32,000 nt of DNA from Klebsiella phage vB_Ko_K4PH164. The notes under the pieces are model-generated. The model had not been told where the DNA came from and ran no database searches. It was given only the letters and a program-made list of their open reading frames with translations. The stretch lies in the sequence record OY979482.1; one strand, given 5' to 3'. Below, in pieces: positions 25,734 through 32,000 of this stretch; position 1 is the first letter of the stretch, and each line of letters starts with the position of its first letter. A program made the position numbers and the translations under genes.

Positions 25734-26194
25734 TAAGTGTAGCCTCCGGTTGTGATAATAAAGTCCGTCGCATGAGCGCGGAATATATCTTTAAAGTCGT
25801 CGAGTGTAATAATAGCACGAATCGGCGCCTTATTGTGGTAATATTCAAACTCTTCAGGGTTATGTACCCAGGGATTGAGCTCAAGCATTACCGACCACTT
25901 GCGCTTGTCCTTATATATCAGAACAGGACGCTTCTTGGTTTCTGTTGCTGAAGTTACGCATTGTTTCCACCAAGTATTCAGATTTAAGTTTTCCTGATTT
26001 TTGATTTCAAACGCATAACCACATGTATTATCAATATCCATACCACCTACAGCAGACTGATTCTGGCGCCGTTGGGCAATAGGCTTTGGCGGCAAAGGAA
26101 TACCTAAAGTCTCGTGAACTTCAGCATAGATATCGTTGCACCAATTTACAATATCCCTTTCGCCACGTTGACCTTTAGCGCGGATATTAACCAT
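25733..26194 (-). CDS. Holliday-junction-resolvase-like / PD-(D/E)XK nuclease
   Basis: MVNIRAKGQRGERDIVNW...QSAVGGMDIDNTCGYAFEIKNQENLNLNTWWKQ; ATG at 26194 with GGAG upstream preferred over the GTG at 26209. Confidence 0.65.
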   Translation of the reverse strand: MVNIRAKGQRGERDIVNWCNDIYAEVHETLGIPLPPKPIAQRRQNQSAVGGMDIDNTCGYAFEIKNQENLNLNTWWKQCVTSATETKKRPVLIYKDKRKWSVMLELNPWVHNPEEFEYYHNKAPIRAIITLDDFKDIFRAHATDFIITTGGYT

Positions 26195-26221
26195 TCTAAA
26201 TATCTCCACGTAATTTCATAG

Positions 26222-28705
26222 TTATTCCTTACAAATACGCTCGAGCTGGTCCATATCGAGTACGCGCCAGGCATGAGTATTTTTACTGATATTAATAGGC
26301 GTAATGTCGGCGCTTGCAGGAGTGGCTAGAGCGGACTTTTCGCCATCGGTAATTACTTCAATTAAACCTTCCTGAACAAAATCTACCAGAGTGCGACGAA
26401 GTATCTCCGCAGGTCCGGAGTTACGCCTTGTTTGCTCCACACGGGAAAGCTGACCCTGGCAACGTGCAAGTATGGGTCCGCGTAAGAATATATTTAGCTT
26501 CTGGTGCGGTATATAGCGTATTTCGTTCTTAATGTCTGAAAGGTCGCTGGTACAGTAGCGAAGTATAGCATTTGCAACAGTACGACGGATTTTAGATTCA
26601 TTAACTTCACCAATTTCCCCGCTTTTATAGCGATCGAGCATCATCTTAACAGAAGACATTATATAAGCATAAGACCATTCAACATGATGCTTTTCAACAA
26701 TAGGCTGATCAGGTCTTTCAAATACTGCGAACGTTCCGGCCATGCGCTCAGTCTTTTCCTGAATACGGTTATAGATCTGACGCAAAGTTTCATCGTTCAT
26801 TTTGGCTTCATTGCCCAGCTTACCTTCCAAGAACATCTGGATTTCATAAAGCCTGTCGCGGGCTTCTTGAGTCTCTTGAACTTCAACAGAATGCCCGTTA
26901 GTTTGATAATCAGCTTGCTGAGCGAAGATATAATGAATCAAGCTTATTAATGATTCAGGTAAATCTAAACGTGTATTCAGATTTCGGCTGGTTGTATATC
27001 CCTCATAAACACCATAGTTAAAACGAGACATAAAACCATCAGCGGCCAGCTTACCTGTAAGGTTTTTAAACAAAGAATCTAAGGTTGTTTCACCAATGAC
27101 CGTTAATGTAACTTCAGTCGAGTTAGACTCAATGTTGTTTTCCTTATTAGAATACTCCGCACCGCCGCTTAACATCCCTTCGTGCGATGCTGAGTAGGCG
27201 TTAAGCAGAAAGTTTTTCTTCTCCATTGCAGCGGGGTTAGCGGTGTTATTAAGATCTTCCAGCAAACCGCCGATCTCAGGCATTATCGTACATAAATTGA
27301 TCTGTTCTAACAGCTTTTTACGCCATGCAATAGTGGAACGCATATCGGCGGATGAGAATAAAGAGTTCATCTCCACCCCGCGCTCAACCATCTTCTTAAC
27401 AATGCGCCCGATACCCAAGTGCATGGCGTTCTTACCCGTTCCCGAACGAGCCGCGATAATATAGTAAGCGTTCAGATGCTTATCGCGATATCGCCATCCT
27501 TTAGCCGTAAGAGCAGAGGCGAATGCGAGTGCTGTGGTTATAGAGATAACCGGAACAGGTAGAGTTGAAGTGTTGTAAATCCATTTAGCAATTTCACCAA
27601 TAGGCCCTGGAGGGAAGCCATATTCGACCTTCTCTACTTCAAACTCTGCATCTTTAGCCGCTAAAGATTGCTTAATTTCAGCTTTCTGAGCATTGGCTTT
27701 TTCAGTGTTCGCCAACCATGCCTGTACGTTATTACGGGACATAGCTATGAGCGCTTCTGTTTCTGCTTGCTTGCGCTGAATTTCTACTTGCAGGTAAGAA
27801 CGCATATTATTGATCGTACGACTAAGATATTTATCATCAGCCATGATCTTATCTTTCTGCCCAGGCTTAGGTCCACGGTTAGCCAGCGGAGTTTTCCGGA
27901 AGATGCGCATAACCTGAGCATTGTTTGGGGATGCTTTCACCAGGAAGTTAATAAGCGCCGCATCTGCTTCTGACCCTGACGGATATTGTGTAGGAATAAG
28001 TCGGGCGATTGGTGAGTAATAAAGTACCTCAAACAGATCGGAGTTTTCCCAGCTCAGAATATCGTTAATGACATCTTCATCGGAGCGAACTTGTGGCTGG
28101 TCTTCAACCTTGACGATGATCTTAGCTTTTTCATCAAGAAACTGAGCAAGGTATTCGCAGACCCCGTTTCCGTTAGAAATCGGCGTGTTTATAACCACAT
28201 TACCCGTACAGATAATGAATCGCTCCTGGCTATAGCGTTCAATACCATAGTCCGAGGAGCGGCGGCCTTCACCGTGGTTACCGTAAACCCATACATGCAA
28301 GCCCTTTCCGGAAGCGGAAGATTCAACATAGGACAATGCACCCTGGGCAATCTGCCAGAACCATTGAGAGTGTTCAGGTGGTGTGTCTTCCTTAACATCC
28401 ATATCAATTACAGTGAAAGGGTCGTCAGGGGTTAGAACGAAACCTGGTAACAGACCTTCATTCATTTCGCAGAGGTGCTCTGCTGTGGCATATGACATCC
28501 AAGTTTTCGGGTCTGTGGGGGAAGCTTTTTCAAGTGGCTGCTGATAGCCAGGTGAGTACATAGGTATCTTATCCGCATAACAAACTACCCACTGAGGGAT
28601 AGCTTTTATCTCTTGCGGGAAAAGATAACCGTCGAACTCTGTTTGGAATTGTTTCATCTGGCGGCTGTCCTTGGACGTAGTTAGGGCGCCTATATTAGCG
28701 CCCAA
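26222..28705 (-). CDS. Primase/helicase, DUF3987-like (start may be MKQFQTEF at 28657)
   Basis: Prim-pol-like region VIDMDVKEDTPPEHSQWFW...ESSASGKGLHVWVYG; Walker A-like AARSGTGKNAMH. Confidence 0.75.
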   Translation of the reverse strand: MGANIGALTTSKDSRQMKQFQTEFDGYLFPQEIKAIPQWVVCYADKIPMYSPGYQQPLEKASPTDPKTWMSYATAEHLCEMNEGLLPGFVLTPDDPFTVIDMDVKEDTPPEHSQWFWQIAQGALSYVESSASGKGLHVWVYGNHGEGRRSSDYGIERYSQERFIICTGNVVINTPISNGNGVCEYLAQFLDEKAKIIVKVEDQPQVRSDEDVINDILSWENSDLFEVLYYSPIARLIPTQYPSGSEADAALINFLVKASPNNAQVMRIFRKTPLANRGPKPGQKDKIMADDKYLSRTINNMRSYLQVEIQRKQAETEALIAMSRNNVQAWLANTEKANAQKAEIKQSLAAKDAEFEVEKVEYGFPPGPIGEIAKWIYNTSTLPVPVISITTALAFASALTAKGWRYRDKHLNAYYIIAARSGTGKNAMHLGIGRIVKKMVERGVEMNSLFSSADMRSTIAWRKKLLEQINLCTIMPEIGGLLEDLNNTANPAAMEKKNFLLNAYSASHEGMLSGGAEYSNKENNIESNSTEVTLTVIGETTLDSLFKNLTGKLAADGFMSRFNYGVYEGYTTSRNLNTRLDLPESLISLIHYIFAQQADYQTNGHSVEVQETQEARDRLYEIQMFLEGKLGNEAKMNDETLRQIYNRIQEKTERMAGTFAVFERPDQPIVEKHHVEWSYAYIMSSVKMMLDRYKSGEIGEVNESKIRRTVANAILRYCTSDLSDIKNEIRYIPHQKLNIFLRGPILARCQGQLSRVEQTRRNSGPAEILRRTLVDFVQEGLIEVITDGEKSALATPASADITPINISKNTHAWRVLDMDQLERICKE

Positions 28706-28715
28706 TAACGAATCA

Positions 28716-29264
28716 TTACAACTTGTAAACGCCTACGGTTGTGGCTCTGCCTTTCCATAGGTTGAGTTTTTGACACGTTATATCTTCGTGTTTTTCGATC
28801 AGCTTTTGATCCATTCTCTGGTTTTTATTGAGTGTTACAAAAACCCGATGCCTGTAGTTACCCTGGCGATCAGAAATTTCTTGAACCAGCATGTAACGAT
28901 CACGTGACTTTTGTTCACGTAGTTGCTGCTTCACTTCTCTCTGACAATCTTGAATAAGGGAATTGAATTCCTCTTTCATCAAAGGTTGCCCTGAAAGTTT
29001 AATATTGTATGCTGCTTGGACAGCATCCGCAGCGGTAGCGATTGCTTTCGGTATGGCCTCTTTAGCATTCTTGCCCAGCGCAATACCAACAGCCTTGTCG
29101 AAGTAAGGGCTAGTATCCCAGCCGCTGTCGCCACGCAGCATTGCAGGACGGAGAACGAGATCAGGTACACCTGGCGTCGCGAATTTGAAAGTATAGGCTT
29201 CACCTAAAGCATCTTTTTCGTATACAACGCTTAGAACTGAAGTTTGAACTGGAAAGAATGACAT
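28716..29264 (-). CDS. Hypothetical protein
   Basis: 182 aa in collinear operon, TAATG-type junction with the next gene. Confidence 0.6.
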   Translation of the reverse strand: MSFFPVQTSVLSVVYEKDALGEAYTFKFATPGVPDLVLRPAMLRGDSGWDTSPYFDKAVGIALGKNAKEAIPKAIATAADAVQAAYNIKLSGQPLMKEEFNSLIQDCQREVKQQLREQKSRDRYMLVQEISDRQGNYRHRVFVTLNKNQRMDQKLIEKHEDITCQKLNLWKGRATTVGVYKL

Positions 29265-29848
29265 TATTCTTTATCTCCATATTTATGAAACATTCTGCGA
29301 ATTGCCTCCTCGAGACTTGGAGCAGATTCGCCCTTACGCTGGTGACTGCGCCCAATAGCGACGGTAAAACCCCGCGTAGTATCATCCTGAAACAGGGTAA
29401 CGCTCGTATCCGTGCCGTTTTCAATATAACCCATTAGATTACGGATCATATCGAACATTTCAGCTTTGCGAATTACATCTTGGTTAAACTCAACCATAGC
29501 CATTTCAGTACGACGAATAACATCATAAATAGGTTGAGGAATAGGATTACCGAAAGCATGATGGGCAATTCCCATGCGAGCTAAAGAGCTTAGCTGGGTT
29601 AAACCTTTTAAAGGTTCGCGCCCGCCATCGAAACCATCAACACGATCTTCAATCATTTGCCAAACAGTTTCATATTCCGGCCAGTCGTGTTCAACAACAA
29701 CACATTCGAAAGGCTTTTTCCCAACCGTTTTACGCCATTCAGCGCACTTCACACCTAAGCGATAGAGCTCGCGTCGCTCCTCTTCTGTTAAAGCATGAGC
29801 AGCATGAGAATTCTTGATAACAACATAGCGATCAAAATCACGTTCCAT
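29264..29848 (-). CDS. Hypothetical protein (start MERDFDRY at 29848)
   Basis: Long open frame; first Met of the track ORF (29872) overlaps the upstream gene more than the internal ATG. Confidence 0.55.
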   Translation of the reverse strand: MERDFDRYVVIKNSHAAHALTEEERRELYRLGVKCAEWRKTVGKKPFECVVVEHDWPEYETVWQMIEDRVDGFDGGREPLKGLTQLSSLARMGIAHHAFGNPIPQPIYDVIRRTEMAMVEFNQDVIRKAEMFDMIRNLMGYIENGTDTSVTLFQDDTTRGFTVAIGRSHQRKGESAPSLEEAIRRMFHKYGDKE

Positions 29849-30429
29849 TATTTCGCTCCGTACATTGAACAAATATAGTCAGCCATATGATACCAACCTT
29901 CTTGGGTATCATAGACACCAAAATCTAGTATAGGGATATTAAGCATCTTGGCAAGACGTAAAGCCTGACCAGTACCACCTTCACCCCGACCACCCTCAGT
30001 CCAGCAAACAACAAATTGAACAGGTGTGTTTAAATCTTGACCAAGGATTTGGTAAGTGTTACGCGCATGAAGTTCAAGCGCATGTGGTGATAAATTCTTA
30101 CCGTTAGGGTGCAACAGACGCGCAATTACCTTACAACCTAGAACAGAACCAGTCACTTCGTCTAAGTAGCTGGTTTGTTTCCAAGGTTCAGGATTCTCCC
30201 ACGTAATCTGTTCCATGCCCGTATAGTTATGCTTGTCAGGCAGGAAGATTTCGCAAGAACCTTGGACAGCTCTCGCACCACACTCAAAAGCGCTGTCGGC
30301 ACCTTGTGCGCGTCCGCTCCGCAACGTCCAGCCAGCTTGCCCTAAGCGCCCCGCTAAGCTAGCAAATACAGCACATACCTCAGAGGGCGTTTTGCGGCTA
30401 CCAATCCCAGCATATATCTTTACCATCAT
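29848..30429 (-). CDS. DprA-like / SLOG Rossmann-fold protein
   Basis: KIYAGIGSRKTPSEVC, WTLRSGRAQGADSAFECGA, VCWTEGGRGEGGTGQALRLAKMLNIPILDF. Confidence 0.7.
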   Translation of the reverse strand: MMVKIYAGIGSRKTPSEVCAVFASLAGRLGQAGWTLRSGRAQGADSAFECGARAVQGSCEIFLPDKHNYTGMEQITWENPEPWKQTSYLDEVTGSVLGCKVIARLLHPNGKNLSPHALELHARNTYQILGQDLNTPVQFVVCWTEGGRGEGGTGQALRLAKMLNIPILDFGVYDTQEGWYHMADYICSMYGAK

Positions 30430-30931
30430 TCATTCCCCTGCTACTAATTTTGACGTGCAACCACCACTCAGGGCATAGTAAAGTTCCGCCGCGAGTCCTC
30501 TTCCAACCATTCTTGATTAGCAAAGTTACTACATCATCCATCTTCATGGAAAGATTAATAAGCTTTCTAATACCAATGCCCGGGCATGGTTTATAGGTAA
30601 ACTCTGTGAAGCGCAGCATACCGACTTCCTGAAGCTTACCTAAAATACCGCTGGAAGTTCTATTAAACTTCATACAAAGGTCTACCATCATGAGCTGAGT
30701 ATTACGTTTGCCTTTTGTTTCGCTTATAACAAAGCTAACAAGGTTATAAACTTCAACAGGTGTCCAACGCATACCAACAGAACAACCCTGGCAATTTGCA
30801 GGCAGTCCACGGTCATGCTTCATACGTTTCTTGGCTTTCTCCTGCTGAAAGCGCTGCCAGCGCGACTCTTCTACTTGGGCCGGAGTCATATTAGATTCGT
30901 CAACCCAAGGTATTTTCTTTTTCTTATTCAT
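30398..30931 (-). CDS. Hypothetical protein
   Basis: 177 aa, MNKKKKIPWVDESNMTPAQVEESRWQRFQQEK... Confidence 0.6.
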   Translation of the reverse strand: MNKKKKIPWVDESNMTPAQVEESRWQRFQQEKAKKRMKHDRGLPANCQGCSVGMRWTPVEVYNLVSFVISETKGKRNTQLMMVDLCMKFNRTSSGILGKLQEVGMLRFTEFTYKPCPGIGIRKLINLSMKMDDVVTLLIKNGWKRTRGGTLLCPEWWLHVKISSRGMNDGKDICWDW

Positions 30932-31278
30932 TCTTTACCCTTACGCATACCGCGGCCCATGAACTGGATGAAATATGGGTTCTTGGCGAAGTCTGGCTCT
31001 GAACGGGCAATTAGCATATCCCGGACTTTATTGCTACTAGCTTCAGTTATATCCCAGTAAGGGTGACGTGGTTTACAATTCCTGGCAGTTAAGAGCTCTT
31101 GCCATTCATAATGAATGTCAAAAAACTGATCATCCGTAAGATGTGAAAATTCAGAACGGACAATTTCCTTCGCTTTCATGAACGGTATTCTTTTTAGACG
31201 ACAATCCACAAAAGTATCATGAAATTTCTGAAGATTCATGAACAGAGGTGATTGAAGGTTTAAATGAAAGTTCAGCAT
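30928..31278 (-). CDS. Hypothetical protein
   Basis: 116 aa; ATGA overlap with following gene. Confidence 0.55.
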   Translation of the reverse strand: MLNFHLNLQSPLFMNLQKFHDTFVDCRLKRIPFMKAKEIVRSEFSHLTDDQFFDIHYEWQELLTARNCKPRHPYWDITEASSNKVRDMLIARSEPDFAKNPYFIQFMGRGMRKGKE

Positions 31279-31285
31279 AATGTGG

Positions 31286-31522
31286 TTACCTTTCTCTCAC
31301 GGACACGACAACTTCTACAATTTCGCAGGTGTCTTCTTTCAGGTCTTTAGCAACACACATAAACATAATTTCAGCCGCTTTAATACCTGGTGTCCGGTTA
31401 GCATAAGTAAGATCGTCAACCCAAGAAGCGTCATGTACAGTTTTACCATTTTTGACGCGAGTAACGACGCGGAGGTATTTACCAGTTTTCCGACTTTTGA
31501 CAACGCACATTATACGTTCCAT
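31286..31522 (-). CDS. Hypothetical protein
   Basis: 78 aa in collinear operon. Confidence 0.5.
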   Translation of the reverse strand: MERIMCVVKSRKTGKYLRVVTRVKNGKTVHDASWVDDLTYANRTPGIKAAEIMFMCVAKDLKEDTCEIVEVVVSVRER

Positions 31523-31527
31523 AACAT

Positions 31528-31809
31528 CTACCTTATTAAGTATCTAAGCAATGTACCTATTATAAAGCAGGCTGCAACAAATACCATAGAGATCAGAATA
31601 TTTATAAGCCTGTTGCGTGCCTTTAATTTAAGCTCTTCAATCTTCAGAGAGCGCTTCACACGCCGGGCAGTATCGGCCCTCGCGTCTGCATAGCCGTCCA
31701 GCCAGTCAAAGTATCGGTCGCTGTCGAGATTAACATTGTAGGGATTTGAATCTTCACACTCGCCGTTAATGTAGGCCATATAGCCCTGCTGAATCGGATC
31801 ACTGCTCAT
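31528..31809 (-). CDS. Hypothetical protein with C-terminal transmembrane helix
   Basis: 93 aa; LINILISMVFVAACFIIGTLLRYLIR* tail. Confidence 0.55.
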   Translation of the reverse strand: MSSDPIQQGYMAYINGECEDSNPYNVNLDSDRYFDWLDGYADARADTARRVKRSLKIEELKLKARNRLINILISMVFVAACFIIGTLLRYLIR

Positions 31810-31999
31810 CTAAATACCTCAATATGTCTATGCACTGGTGGGAGAGCTCGTTCAACTCTTTTAACTGAGCCAACGGCAAGTGATTGCTGAACCGCGCTAT
31901 GGTATCGCACGCGCTTGAAGGGAACAGGATAAGCGCTTTCGCGGTAACAAACTTATCCAGCCCAATGTAATATCTAATCTTCCATATTTGCTCGCGTAC
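31799..31999 (-). CDS. C-terminal fragment of a hypothetical protein (truncated by window end)
   Basis: Open - strand frame VREQIWKIRYYIGLDKFVTAKALILFPSSACDTIARFSNHLPLAQLKELNELSHQCIDILRYLDEQ*, overlapping the next start. Confidence 0.55.
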   Translation of the reverse strand, partial: VREQIWKIRYYIGLDKFVTAKALILFPSSACDTIARFSNHLPLAQLKELNELSHQCIDILRYLDEQ

Positions 32000-32000
32000 T

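Overview
The window looks like part of a tailed dsDNA siphophage genome, consistent with the enterobacterial Queuovirinae (Seuratvirus/Nonagvirus-type); that placement is inferred from gene content only. The + strand (1-6396) carries distal tail genes: DUF2163-like protein, NlpC/P60-like DUF6950-type protein, J-like tip protein, a tail fibre/spike with Asp-box (sialidase-like) repeats, and a following structural protein. They converge on a bidirectional terminator at about 6417-6448. The rest of the window is encoded on the - strand. It holds a complete 7-deazaguanine DNA-modification cluster (QueE, QueC, QueD, FolE, a YhhQ-family transporter and DpdA), a tRNA-Ser(GCU), family B DNA polymerase, a sliding-clamp-like protein, an SF2 helicase, a Cas4-like nuclease, DUF669, a Sak4-like AAA protein, an ATP-dependent DNA ligase, RNase H, an all-alpha NTP-PPase-like protein, a resolvase-like nuclease, a primase/helicase, a DprA/SLOG-like protein and several unknown small proteins. 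Main observations: (1) an exact 127-bp tandem duplication (4155-4281 / 4282-4408) frameshifts the tail fibre gene, and its length and exactness match an untrimmed k=127 circular-contig overlap; (2) the cluster lacks a visible Gat/ArcS domain on QueC, which predicts dPreQ0 rather than dG+, and it also contains unknown small genes embedded in the operon; (3) a 20-bp inverted repeat with a 52-nt loop lies between a strong terminator and tRNA-Ser; (4) at least four small genes are absent from the ORF track, three encoding 33-36 aa membrane microproteins and one encoding 54 aa fused by overlap to dpdA; (5) a candidate promoter is embedded in an inverted repeat.
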